Made by a program: the position numbers and the translations under genes | DNA from: Bacteroidota bacterium | GTDB lineage: Bacteria > Bacteroidota > Bacteroidia > Bacteroidales > FEN-979 | Assembly (NCBI GenBank): GCA_026391715.1 | Contig: JAPLDO010000077.1 | Span: 17,736 to 81,735, forward strand | DNA: 64,000 nt | Direction of reading: 5' to 3' | Shown here: piece after piece, positions 20,248 to 30,348 of the stretch | Layout: each line of letters opens with the position of its first letter | Position numbering within the stretch: position 1 is the first letter of the stretch | Notes under the pieces: model-generated | The model's input: the letters and a program-made list of their open reading frames with translations, nothing else | Database searches by the model: none | Told to the model about the DNA's origin: nothing

Positions 20248-20340
20248 CATATTTAGCTCCCCCGAAACTATTGTAATAGCTGAACAACGGGGCGGATATG
20301 TTCCGAAGTGTTGATGTGGGGGTTAATGCCCCGTGCGATA
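20248..20340 (-). pseudogene. remnant of an internal fragment of a related res gene
   Basis: Aligns to res positions 16764-16857; the run ggggcggatatgttccgaagtgttgat.tgggggttaatgccccgtgcgata is nearly identical. It is joined about 10 nt from the mod remnant. Confidence 0.6.
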
Positions 20341-20846
20341 ATGAAGACGGGGTTTCGCTTTCCGGTTTTTTAAAACTATATGGTTCTGATCCTTTCTATT
20401 CCTGGATAGGCCTTGACAGTTCATTGATGTATGCGGCACATAAGGCAGCTGGAGGAATGACTTCTGTTAGGCAAACTCCCAAAAATGGAGTTGTTTTTGA
20501 AGTTCGTCAGGGTTACAAAAGCAAAGACAGTAAAAGGCAAAATGCAGATATTGATAATGCAACAGTAGCGTGGGCAAACATTATTTACCAGTATTTGCAA
20601 TTTTTTCGTCTCAAATTGATTCGGATATTGTTCTAAGATATCGTAACAACCGTTGTGGAGTATTGATTGGCTCAACTTCTTTTAATCCGAACATATCACT
20701 ATTTTCATTCTCAAAAAGTATATTAGGGTTTGACCTTGCCGATTTCTTTGATTTGAAATTAATCCGTTCTTAATTTGGTTGGGCAACACAAAATGTCATC
20801 ATTTTTCTGCTGAAAAACTTTTTTCTTTAAAATGTGTTTTTGAAAG

Positions 20847-21095
20847 TTGCATGAGTATTTTGATGATACCTACTCTCATTTAAAGAATCTCAAGGAACAA
20901 CTAAAGCCTAATGCAAAATTGAATTATATTGTTGGAAATTCGTCATTTTATGATAATTTCGTTGATACGGAAAAAATTCTTGCAGAGTCATTTTCTCAAC
21001 TTGGCTACGAAAAAATAACGATAGAAACACTTCGCAGGAGAAATACTAAACGTGGTCTTCTTGAATTCAATGTTTCAGCATCCTGGAGTAAATAA
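20847..21095 (+). pseudogene. possible C-terminal fragment of a degraded DNA methyltransferase
   Basis: 82-aa ORF (NYIVGNSSFYD...RRRNTKRGLLEFNV) reminiscent of methyltransferase C-termini. Upstream frames 20298-20773 are broken. Weak call. Confidence 0.3.
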
Positions 21096-21125
21096 ATCAG
21101 AACCCATACTTTAGCTTGATGACCT

Positions 21126-21644
21126 TCAGAAAGAATTCACCAATTCTCTGATACATTTAATGGCAACAGGAATTGCACCAGCCACCTCCTCCGACAGCTC
21201 CATCCCCATATCCTGATAATCCTTCACCGTAATGGCCACCAGGTGGATTTGTGGCATGTTGCCTAACAAACCTGCTGCATCTAACATATCTTTCAGCCCG
21301 ATTTCATGGGCGCTCAACTGCTTAGGGAAATCTTTGGCATAACGGGGATGCAGGATTCTCACATGCCCAGCCGGATATTGATCCAGCGAAGCATCAACGA
21401 TGATAATGGTTTTATAGGATTGAATATATCCGAGCAGATGAAACCCTCCTGTCCCGCCATCCATCAGGTCGGCGCCCGGGATGCCGCCATCCAGTTCCAG
21501 CCGGTTGACCACGTGGATCCCCACGCCTTCGTCGTTCATTAAAATATTGCCAATCCCGAGTACCAGGATTTCATTCTGTGTTTCTTGCAAGTCTAATAGG
21601 ATTATTGGCCGGGGGGAAGGGACGCTGAGTTTGCGATGAAACAA
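21126..21644 (-). CDS. hyaD: [NiFe] hydrogenase maturation endopeptidase (HyaD/HybD family)
   Basis: LVLGIGNILMNDEGVGIHVV motif and the last position in the hydrogenase operon. Confidence 0.85.
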   Translation of the reverse strand: MFHRKLSVPSPRPIILLDLQETQNEILVLGIGNILMNDEGVGIHVVNRLELDGGIPGADLMDGGTGGFHLLGYIQSYKTIIIVDASLDQYPAGHVRILHPRYAKDFPKQLSAHEIGLKDMLDAAGLLGNMPQIHLVAITVKDYQDMGMELSEEVAGAIPVAIKCIRELVNSF

Positions 21645-22349
21645 TCAATCTTTTTCTTTCTCGTGCCGTTCAATCACATCTTCCTCAATAAACTTCCAAC
21701 CGCCGATCATGGAGGAGGTAATTCCGCGACGCTCGATATAATCGTGGTAGAAAACAAGGTAAACATGAACCATGGCAAACAGGATAAAACCCCACATCAG
21801 GATGTGATGTATTTGCCTGACATGCATATCCCCGCCGAGAAATGGAACAATCCAGGCAAAGAGTTTCGGGAAAAATGAACTGCTCATAGCCGAATACATC
21901 CCAAATCCGGTAAGGGATTGGAGCAAAAATATCAGGAAGGTCATGAAGTAGATAAAAGCAGCCAGGTTGTTGTGACCAATTGAATCAATCTTCTTGTTGG
22001 TGACTTGTAAAACATCAACCATAATCACATCCTTGATCTCCATCCAGTGTTTTTTGGAATACGGGATGAAATGATACCACCGGGAGAATTCATTTCCAAC
22101 AAATCCCCAGTAAGTCCTGAAGACAAAATTGAAAAAGAAAAGGAAAGCGCTGGAAAAATGAACGAACCTGACCGTGCCGAACCAATAGTTGGCATAAGCT
22201 TCGGTACTTGTTGTAAAGGCAGGAGGATCGCCGATCAGGTAGCCGGTGATGCACAGCGAGACAATACAAAGTGCATTGATCCAATGATATAAACGAACGG
22301 GCATCTCCCATACATGCACTTCGCGCAAAGGAACGGATCGGTTTCTCAT
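21645..22349 (-). CDS. hyaC: Ni/Fe-hydrogenase b-type cytochrome subunit
   Basis: 234 aa with four hydrophobic helices, conserved His residues (RLYHWINA, VRFVHF, HNNLAA, MVHVYLVFYHD), and its operon position. Confidence 0.85.
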   Translation of the reverse strand: MRNRSVPLREVHVWEMPVRLYHWINALCIVSLCITGYLIGDPPAFTTSTEAYANYWFGTVRFVHFSSAFLFFFNFVFRTYWGFVGNEFSRWYHFIPYSKKHWMEIKDVIMVDVLQVTNKKIDSIGHNNLAAFIYFMTFLIFLLQSLTGFGMYSAMSSSFFPKLFAWIVPFLGGDMHVRQIHHILMWGFILFAMVHVYLVFYHDYIERRGITSSMIGGWKFIEEDVIERHEKEKD

Positions 22350-22351
22350 GG

Positions 22352-24070
22352 CTAATAGGTTTTCAGTTCATGAATGGTAGTTCCATTTTCATCGTAAAGG
22401 TGTACGGCACAAGCGAGGCATGGGTCGAAAGAATGAATTGTACGGAGTACTTCCAGCGGGATTTTCGGGTCGGCAACAGGAGTTCCAAGCAACGATTCCT
22501 CAAAAGCCGAACGCTGTCCTTTGGCGTCGCGAGGGGAAGCATTCCACGTTGTAGGCACAACCAATTGATAGTTTGCAATTTTCTTATCTTCGATAACTAT
22601 GAAATGCGAAAGCGCGCCGCGGGGAGCTTCCACCATTCCGATACCTTTTGCCTGTTTGGGCCAGGATTCGGGTTCCCATTTGGCATTGTTCATTGTGCGT
22701 GAATCACCGTTTTTGATGTTGGCTAAAAGTTGCTGATAAAACTCCAGCGCCCAGCCGCAAACCAGTTTGGTTTCGAGCCCTCTGGCGGCGGTGCGTCCCA
22801 GGGTTGAAAACAAAGCTGCCACAGGTACGTCGAGAGCTTTCAGGGCTCCTTCGATCACTTCTTTGTAATCGGCGCGACCTGATGCGTAGCCAACCAGCAT
22901 GCGCGACAATGGACCGACTTCCATGGGATGACCTTTCCAACGCGGAGTTTTCACCCAGCTATATTTTTGTGAAACATCGAGTTGGTCGTAAGGTGGCTTG
23001 GGTCCGGTATAGTTAAATTTAGTTTCTCCATCCCAGGGATGAAGTCCGGTTTGATCGCCTTTGGAATACTCATACCAAGAATTGTTGATATACTCCTGAA
23101 TCTGTTCCGGATCTTCAGGTTTCACTTCATGGATTTTACTCAGGTCGCGACCAAGTATAGCGCCACGCGGCATTTTAAAACTTTCAGGGTTGTTGTACCC
23201 GTTGGTTGGAAAATCGCCGAATGACAGATAATTTGTCAACCCGCCGCCAATTGCTCCCCAATCTTTATAGAATGAGGCAACTGCAAGTAAATCGGGAATA
23301 TAAACCTGATCAACAAAAACCTTTGCATCTTCAAACAGTTTGCCAATAAAAGCAAGTCGTTCTGCATTTACTGCATTTGCTTCATCAATATTTATGGAGC
23401 ATGGAACGCCGCCCACCAGGTAATTCGGATGCGGATTTTTTCCGCCGAAAACGGTATGAACTTTCACAAGTTCTTTTTGCCATTCAAGCGCTTCAAGATA
23501 ATGTGCCACAGCAATGAGGTTCACTTCCGGGGGAAGTTTGTAAGCCTTGTGTCCCCAGTATCCATTGGCAAAAATGCCCAATTGACCGCTATCAACGAAG
23601 TTCTTAAACTTTTTCTGAATGTCGGTAAAATAGCCAACCGAACTTTTTGGCCAGGGAGAGATGCTTTGAGCAATTCTCGAAGCTTCGGCAGGATTAGCTT
23701 TAAGCGCCGAAACCACATCAACCCAGTCGAGCGCGTGCAACTGATAAAAATGAACCACATGGTCCTGAATATAAAGCGCGTTAGCCATAAGGTTGCGGAT
23801 GAGTTCGGCATTTGGCGGCACAGAAATGCCAAGCGCGTTTTCCACAGTTCTGACGGAGGTCAGCGAGTGCGTTGAGGTACATACGCCGCATACGCGGCCT
23901 ACGAAAGCCCATGCATCACGCGGGTCGCGACCTTTTAAAATGGTTTCGATGCCCCGAACCATAGTTCCGGCGCTGTATGCATCGGTGATTTTACCATCTT
24001 TTACTTCTATCTCAACCCGCAGATGTCCTTCAATACGGGTGATGGGATCTATTACGATTCTTTCTGCCAT
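22352..24070 (-). CDS. hyaB: [NiFe] hydrogenase large subunit (group 1, uptake type)
   Basis: N-terminal RVCGVCTSTH and C-terminal DPCLACAVH nickel-binding motifs, followed by a cleavable tail. Confidence 0.95.
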   Translation of the reverse strand: MAERIVIDPITRIEGHLRVEIEVKDGKITDAYSAGTMVRGIETILKGRDPRDAWAFVGRVCGVCTSTHSLTSVRTVENALGISVPPNAELIRNLMANALYIQDHVVHFYQLHALDWVDVVSALKANPAEASRIAQSISPWPKSSVGYFTDIQKKFKNFVDSGQLGIFANGYWGHKAYKLPPEVNLIAVAHYLEALEWQKELVKVHTVFGGKNPHPNYLVGGVPCSINIDEANAVNAERLAFIGKLFEDAKVFVDQVYIPDLLAVASFYKDWGAIGGGLTNYLSFGDFPTNGYNNPESFKMPRGAILGRDLSKIHEVKPEDPEQIQEYINNSWYEYSKGDQTGLHPWDGETKFNYTGPKPPYDQLDVSQKYSWVKTPRWKGHPMEVGPLSRMLVGYASGRADYKEVIEGALKALDVPVAALFSTLGRTAARGLETKLVCGWALEFYQQLLANIKNGDSRTMNNAKWEPESWPKQAKGIGMVEAPRGALSHFIVIEDKKIANYQLVVPTTWNASPRDAKGQRSAFEESLLGTPVADPKIPLEVLRTIHSFDPCLACAVHLYDENGTTIHELKTY

Positions 24071-24075
24071 GGCTA

Positions 24076-25221
24076 TTATTCTTTCTTGGTTTCAACTGTA
24101 GAACCCTCTTCAGGTTCTTCATTTTTTATCTCTTTATGTTTGCGGAAGTTTGTAACAATGGCATGACCGGCAATACCGACAGCCGTTGCAACGCCGAGAC
24201 CCAGCCCGATCTTGTCGGCAGTGGTTTCGATACCAAAACCGGCTACTTCCGGGAGGTGTTGGTAGAATGGACCGTTGTCCCAGAATCCGGCTTCGGCACA
24301 ACCGATACACGGGTGTCCCGACTGGATAGGATAACTCACGCTGTCGTTCCATTTAATAATCCCGCATGAATTATAGGTAACAGGACCTTTGCATCCCATT
24401 TTGTAGAGGCAATAACCGCGTTTGGCGCCTTCGTCGTCGAATGATTCAACAAACAACCCTGCGTCAAAATTGGCGCGGCGATAGCAGGTATCATGAACCC
24501 TGCGGGAATAGAAAGCTTGTGGACGATTCATGCCATCCAACTGCGGTATGCGGTCGAAAGTAAGAAGATGGACCACCACGCCTGCCATCACATCGGCAAT
24601 AGGCGGACACCCCTGAACATTGATGACCGGTTTCCCGCTGATCACCTTATGAACCGGTTTCGCACCGGTTGGATTCGGGCTTGCAGCCTGGACGCAGCCG
24701 GCAGAAGCGCAATTGCCCCAGGCAACCACGGCTTTGCAATTCTTTACGGCTTCCTGAAGTATCTGAAGCGCGCTACGTCCTCCAATACAGCAATAGGCTT
24801 CGTTTTCGGTCGGAATTGAACCTTCTACCATTACAATGTATTCCCCCGGATATTTCTGCATTACTGCTTTGTAGGCATCTTCTGCCTGAACTCCGGATGC
24901 TGCCATCAGGGTTTCCTGATAGTCGAGTGAAATTTTATTCAACACAATATCGGCAACAATAGGATGGGACGCCCTGATGAAGGATTCGCTGCAACAGGTA
25001 CACTCCTGAAAATGAAACCAGATGACCGGAAGCCTCGGTTTTGATTCAAGCGCTTTGACAATCTGGCCAACGCCGCTGGCTTCGAGCCCAAGAAAGGCTG
25101 CCATTGTGGTGCAAAATTTCAGGAAATCCCGGCGGGATATTCCCTTCCCTCTGACTTCCTCATAAAATGAAGGTATGTGTTTCTCCATAAAGCAATTGGT
25201 TTTAGAGATTAAATCTGGCAT
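24076..25221 (-). CDS. hyaA: [NiFe] hydrogenase small subunit with Tat signal
   Basis: Twin-arginine motif SRRDFLKF, FeS-cluster cysteine pattern, and a C-terminal membrane anchor. The true start is possibly the Met at 25188. Confidence 0.95.
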   Translation of the reverse strand: MPDLISKTNCFMEKHIPSFYEEVRGKGISRRDFLKFCTTMAAFLGLEASGVGQIVKALESKPRLPVIWFHFQECTCCSESFIRASHPIVADIVLNKISLDYQETLMAASGVQAEDAYKAVMQKYPGEYIVMVEGSIPTENEAYCCIGGRSALQILQEAVKNCKAVVAWGNCASAGCVQAASPNPTGAKPVHKVISGKPVINVQGCPPIADVMAGVVVHLLTFDRIPQLDGMNRPQAFYSRRVHDTCYRRANFDAGLFVESFDDEGAKRGYCLYKMGCKGPVTYNSCGIIKWNDSVSYPIQSGHPCIGCAEAGFWDNGPFYQHLPEVAGFGIETTADKIGLGLGVATAVGIAGHAIVTNFRKHKEIKNEEPEEGSTVETKKE

Positions 25222-25323
25222 AAATATATACGAATTTGTTAATATGACAACTTTTTGATGTTAATTTATACCAAATCTTAATAGGTATCGGGGAAGTGAA
25301 AATATACTATACCTGGCAAATGG

Positions 25324-26808
25324 CTATTTGTAGATAATCCTGGTTCTTCCTTTTATGGCTCCATCCCGGTCGGAGATGGTCAGAATATACAAACCGGAGG
25401 CATTGCCATCGCGACTGAGGATAAACTGATTTGAAGATGCTTTTCCTGAACAAACGCTGATCCCTGAATATGTATAGAGGGTGTAATTCCATGAATCATC
25501 CGGGTTAAAACCTTGAAGGGTTACCTGAACCTCCGTTTCGGCTGGGTTTGGCGCTACCTTAATCCCTGTTTGTACCTTCGCCACTTTGCTTTCTATGCTT
25601 AACAGTGTGAAGCAATCGGTGGTAATGGGAGTTCCCCACGAAATCGTCCCCTTTTTGTAGTAAACCAGGTTTTCTTCCATTTGCGCGAAGTAAGGCGGGT
25701 CGGCCTGATACCAGTAAGTTCTTGTCCTGCCAAGCCCTTCGGTGTAATTCCCGGACGATATTGTCCAACTATATCCATTACCCGTTCTCCAGCAGGTATC
25801 GCCGCCATTCCATGCCTGGGTAAACAGAAAACCACCCCAACTAATCCCCTTCTGCCTGCGTTCGGGGAAGTACTGGGTAGAAAACCAATAGTCATCCGCG
25901 GAAAAATCTTCACGAATAAACTCGCCCGGCAGTCTGGAGAGCCACGAACTCTGAGGATTTTCGAGGAAATTGAATGTTTCCGCAATTGTGTCGTAAACCG
26001 TTGAATAATAAGGGTAAGTAGTCGACCACAACTGTTGACAATGTTCCAGGGTATATTTCACCGAATCTAACCCATAGTCAGTACGGGAAAGGACCTTCAT
26101 GATTGTTTTCCAACTGGCAGTATTCATCGCCAATCCTGTAAAATGAAATTCATCCCCGACATTGTAATCATATATTTCGTGCCATGTCAGGTTCTGAATC
26201 CCAACAGCCGGAACACTTTTCCCTGCAAGCGTGTAAAAGGTGGTATCGTTGGGAACCGAAAACACATCCAGCATCCGCGACAGCCCCCAATGCTGGCTGA
26301 GCCTGATGGATTTTTGATTCAGAAGATGCGCAATGTTGTTGTTCCCGGCGTCTTTTGCCTGAAGGGTGATAACTTTTACGGCATCCGGCGCTCCGAGAAC
26401 GCTGTCGGAAATGACCGAAGTCACTTTTGCCTCAAGGTATCCGTTTGCAGCAAGGGGACAAAACCGCCACGATTGATTTAAGGCTGCCTGCGTATTGATC
26501 TTTAGCGAATCACCGTTGCGGTTGAACAGGTAAAACCAGCCGGTTTGGGTTTTGTAAATTTTCCTGCCAAGAATGGAACCGTTTGTTGTATCAAGACAGC
26601 CGGTGTCCGCAAGGGTTCGTATCGCCCTGTAGGAGAAAAACAGGGTATCGCCAACCCCGACCGGGAGCGCGGAATCGCTCCTGAATGCAATGAAATAATT
26701 ATCCGGGCTTCGGTAAAACGTGATGCCGGGTGTACAGATATTCTGGTAATTCTGAGCGCCCAGGATGTTGATCCAGAAAAAAAATAGCGGAAATAATAGT
26801 TTCTTCAT
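25324..26808 (-). CDS. hypothetical T9SS-secreted protein
   Basis: Signal peptide MKKLLFPLFFFWINILGA. The C-terminal VAPNPAETEVQVTLQGF...GLYILTISDRDG resembles a T9SS sorting domain. Confidence 0.65.
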   Translation of the reverse strand: MKKLLFPLFFFWINILGAQNYQNICTPGITFYRSPDNYFIAFRSDSALPVGVGDTLFFSYRAIRTLADTGCLDTTNGSILGRKIYKTQTGWFYLFNRNGDSLKINTQAALNQSWRFCPLAANGYLEAKVTSVISDSVLGAPDAVKVITLQAKDAGNNNIAHLLNQKSIRLSQHWGLSRMLDVFSVPNDTTFYTLAGKSVPAVGIQNLTWHEIYDYNVGDEFHFTGLAMNTASWKTIMKVLSRTDYGLDSVKYTLEHCQQLWSTTYPYYSTVYDTIAETFNFLENPQSSWLSRLPGEFIREDFSADDYWFSTQYFPERRQKGISWGGFLFTQAWNGGDTCWRTGNGYSWTISSGNYTEGLGRTRTYWYQADPPYFAQMEENLVYYKKGTISWGTPITTDCFTLLSIESKVAKVQTGIKVAPNPAETEVQVTLQGFNPDDSWNYTLYTYSGISVCSGKASSNQFILSRDGNASGLYILTISDRDGAIKGRTRIIYK

Positions 26809-27618
26809 TGTGTCAGTTTCGGAAACCGTAAAGTTATTTTAAATTTACACAAAAACAAACACGTTTTTTCTGTGGGATTTGTAACTTGAATTTGAGGCTT
26901 GGAATTTTTTAAATGCGCAGTTTTATTACGTTATAAGTATTTCAGGAGAACTTAATCTGGGCTGAGTCTCTGTATAACTGCCATCAAGGAATATATTTAA
27001 GTAAATCTATAAGGTAGTTATTGGGAATATCTTCCTGTTCTGAATTATCATAAATTGAAAGTAGAAACACCTCCGATTGACTTACTTTCAGATGGGTGAT
27101 AATCCGGCTCCTCCCGATTTTCCTTTGCTTTTACTCGAAATCGCAAGTCGAATTTTAAAACAATTATTTCCCGGCGGAGAACAACCATCAGGAACTGGTA
27201 ATTGAACTTTTCAGCCACCATGCAAACGCCACAAGGATCGTGGTGGCATCGAGGCATGAGGAGACGGAGGTGTTTTGTGTGTAAAAGGATGAGATGTTAT
27301 ATTCCTATGACAATAGGACATCTGCCGGAATTCCCAATTCACGATGAAACAATCTGGCAATCTCAAGAGTCAATGGGATCCGGTTTTGGAATAACCTAAC
27401 CTGGATAAACCAGAAATGACAAAGAACAATAAACAAAACGCAAATAAATTCGAAAATTTTAAAATTTTAAAATTCAAAAACAAGACCGGTAAAGTCTATT
27501 CTTACTATTTGAAATTTTGAGATTTGTGTTTGCTTTTTATTTGTTGTTTGCATTTTGAATTTTGTAATTTGTGCCAATAAAAACATCAATTTCAAAAATA
27601 AGACACTAATGCAGGTCT

Positions 27619-30276
27619 TCATATTGCCTGATCAATTGCCGCCGAAACCTTCAAAAAATACCGGTTCAGCAACCGTTCCTGGGGTTCAGGGATTTCAGCC
27701 AGTTCATCAAAAGGCATAAGTTTGTCTTTCCTTTCCAGGTCGGTCCTATCATATTCGCTCTGGTAGGTTTTTATAAATTGGATGCTTTTTAAATCTTCAT
27801 TGTTCTGAAAATTACATTCGCGCAACAAGACCGGGATGATCGTATAACCTTCCGATTTCCGACGTTCCAGCATCTGTTTGAACTCGTCGCCCATGCAATA
27901 TTTCGATCCAAAAAACGACGGACTGACCAGCAATATACCGATATTCGACTCCTTCAATGCCTTCTGAATTTTGTCGTTCCAGTCGCCGCCAACAGGGATT
28001 TCGACATCCGACCAAACCGTGCCGAATTTGTTTTTCGCGCTTGCGAGATGAACCTTCAGTCGTTGCTCGAAGATTTTTCTTAAATACCGGTCGGCTGTTG
28101 AATAGGAGATGAAAATCTTATTGGCGGACATTTCCTTGCCCTGAAAAAATTCATCATTGGCATAAATTTCATGAAGCATTTTATCTATCGCGACCCGTTT
28201 TTTTCCGATTTTGCAGAAGATGGTTTTCTCCCCGGCTTCGATGTTCGATTTGATATAATCGAGGTCATAAAAATTTGGCGTATCGCTTTTGTCGCATGTC
28301 TCACAATTGCACACTATCATTTCATTGCACACGATATATGGGAACGTGTTTGAATGGATGTGCTCAACCTCCTTGCGGATGGTCCGTAAAAACGCCCGGC
28401 GTTTCTCGGCAATACTGCCGGCTACTTTGATTCCAATGTATTTCAACCCTTCGCTGGTTGTTTCCTGTTGCAGTACTTCGGCCGTGCAGGGCTCTTTTTT
28501 GTCGTCATCCTGAAATATGGCGCCGGTCAGCCAAACTTTTTCACCCAGAATTCTATCATGGAGCCGCACGATCAGCCTGCTCATTAATCCTTCGGGCATG
28601 AATGGATACTGAAACCTGAAATGCAACTTGTCGCCTTTTCCCAAATCATAATCCGTCCTTGAATCGGGCAGTTTCATCGGGACAACATAATTGCCGGGTC
28701 TATATGGCAACTCGTAACAAATATCAAATTTATCCTTCAACATCAAATTGAGCAAAAACACACACTCGGCATTCTTATAAGGTTGCCTGTGTTTTTCGGT
28801 ACATTGTTTAGATAGCCAGTGGCTGTATAGCGCATGCAGGTTAAACTCACCATTTTTGTCAATGACCAGGGTGTCGCTTAAAACATCGTAAATTGCCTGT
28901 GTTATCCAGTTTGGATCCAGAAAAACGGTGTTCTGAAGATTGGCGTCGTTAAAATTCAGGGCGATTCCTATTTTGTGATAATATTCCAGCAGAAAATCAA
29001 TATCGCTGGTATCTTCCAACCCACATTTCCTGGAGATTTCCTCAAAATCATCCCGCAAAATATATTTCTGATTGCGTAAAATGTCAATTTCCTCCCGGAT
29101 TTTTTTCCAGGGTTTGATGATCGTCTGTCCAACAATGGGAAGCGACGATAAACAGGAAGCAATTTTCTCCTCAAAAGCATCCCATGTACGATTCAGGTTG
29201 GCAAAGTCAATTTCACCACAGTTGAAGATGTTCAACTCCCTGAAAATGTCCCTGAAACCCTTTTCATCGAACGGAATCACCGTGTCGCTTTTTTTGTGGC
29301 GGTTGAGCAGGACGAGGACCGGGCTTTTCTTTCCCAATAAATTGATGATGTGGAACCAATAGCCGTAACGCGTTTTTCCGCTTCTTCCGTCGGTAATCAG
29401 GACATATACCGAATCGTCGGTCAAAAAATACTGATGAAGCATATACTGGATATCCTGGCCACCGAAATCCCAGATGTGCGCTTTTATCTTTGGCAACGAT
29501 TTTACCGGATTTTCGAACTCCCGGTTTGGCCTTACTTCGATTCCCAACGTGGAGGGTTGTTCGGGTTGCGGCACTTTAAAGCCCCTGTCGAACAGCAATT
29601 CCATCAATGTGGTTTTTCCGGCGCCGGGTTCGCCCACGATCAGAATCTTTGCCTCATACGCTTTTTCGGTGGAATATTTTAACGCCTGCTTAAACCATTC
29701 AACGGTTTTCGCCTTGCCCCCATCCACAATCTCTTTGGGCGGCGCGGTGATCGTTTCATTTTTCTCAAAATTGAAATCAAACCCCTCCTTCGCAAAAAAC
29801 CCAGCCAGTTCCGACAAATCAACGAGGTTGTTTTGATGGAGGTACAAATGCTTTAGCGACGGAAAATCGCTCACGGGTAAGTCAATCCGGGAGATTGCGT
29901 TACGGCTCAGATCAATAAGATCGAGTTTCGGAAAGGCGCCTTCAAAACGGATCTCTTCCATCCCATTCCCAAATAAAAAGAGTGTTTGAAGGTTGGGGCA
30001 ATTTTTAACGACCATCTTCTTTATCCCACAGTTGTTGGCGTTCAGATAGCGCAAGCGGGGTTGAGGGGTTTCAAAAACCAGTTCGGTCAAATCAGGATCT
30101 TGTTGTTTTTCGTCTTTTTTTTCGTCCTCTTTGTCATTGCCAAGATAGACGAATTCATAACCGGTGGTGGTTTCGTCGAAGACAAAACGTTTGTTTTTGA
30201 TCTTCGATTTTATTGATGGGATTGCCAACTCGAGGGTTGTTAAGTCGGCGTGGGTGTAATCGGTAGATGTTGTCAT
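27619..30276 (-). CDS. ROCO-type protein with C-terminal TIR domain (LRR - Roc GTPase - COR - TIR)
   Basis: LRRs (NCPNLQTLFLFGNGM, LIDLSRNAISRIDL, LKHLYLHQNNLVDL). Roc P-loop GEPGAGKTTL, WDFGGQ and the NRHKK NKxD-like motif. A long COR-like middle region. The last roughly 130 aa are TIR-like (KIFISYSTADR...ILLVSPSFFGSKYCMGDEF...IIPVLL). Confidence 0.8.
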   Translation of the reverse strand: MTTSTDYTHADLTTLELAIPSIKSKIKNKRFVFDETTTGYEFVYLGNDKEDEKKDEKQQDPDLTELVFETPQPRLRYLNANNCGIKKMVVKNCPNLQTLFLFGNGMEEIRFEGAFPKLDLIDLSRNAISRIDLPVSDFPSLKHLYLHQNNLVDLSELAGFFAKEGFDFNFEKNETITAPPKEIVDGGKAKTVEWFKQALKYSTEKAYEAKILIVGEPGAGKTTLMELLFDRGFKVPQPEQPSTLGIEVRPNREFENPVKSLPKIKAHIWDFGGQDIQYMLHQYFLTDDSVYVLITDGRSGKTRYGYWFHIINLLGKKSPVLVLLNRHKKSDTVIPFDEKGFRDIFRELNIFNCGEIDFANLNRTWDAFEEKIASCLSSLPIVGQTIIKPWKKIREEIDILRNQKYILRDDFEEISRKCGLEDTSDIDFLLEYYHKIGIALNFNDANLQNTVFLDPNWITQAIYDVLSDTLVIDKNGEFNLHALYSHWLSKQCTEKHRQPYKNAECVFLLNLMLKDKFDICYELPYRPGNYVVPMKLPDSRTDYDLGKGDKLHFRFQYPFMPEGLMSRLIVRLHDRILGEKVWLTGAIFQDDDKKEPCTAEVLQQETTSEGLKYIGIKVAGSIAEKRRAFLRTIRKEVEHIHSNTFPYIVCNEMIVCNCETCDKSDTPNFYDLDYIKSNIEAGEKTIFCKIGKKRVAIDKMLHEIYANDEFFQGKEMSANKIFISYSTADRYLRKIFEQRLKVHLASAKNKFGTVWSDVEIPVGGDWNDKIQKALKESNIGILLVSPSFFGSKYCMGDEFKQMLERRKSEGYTIIPVLLRECNFQNNEDLKSIQFIKTYQSEYDRTDLERKDKLMPFDELAEIPEPQERLLNRYFLKVSAAIDQAI

Positions 30277-30348
30277 GAAAAATATTTAAACTGCATATCT
30301 GCTAAAAACAAGTTGATTTTTCTTGTGCTTATATCATTTGGTTCCATA

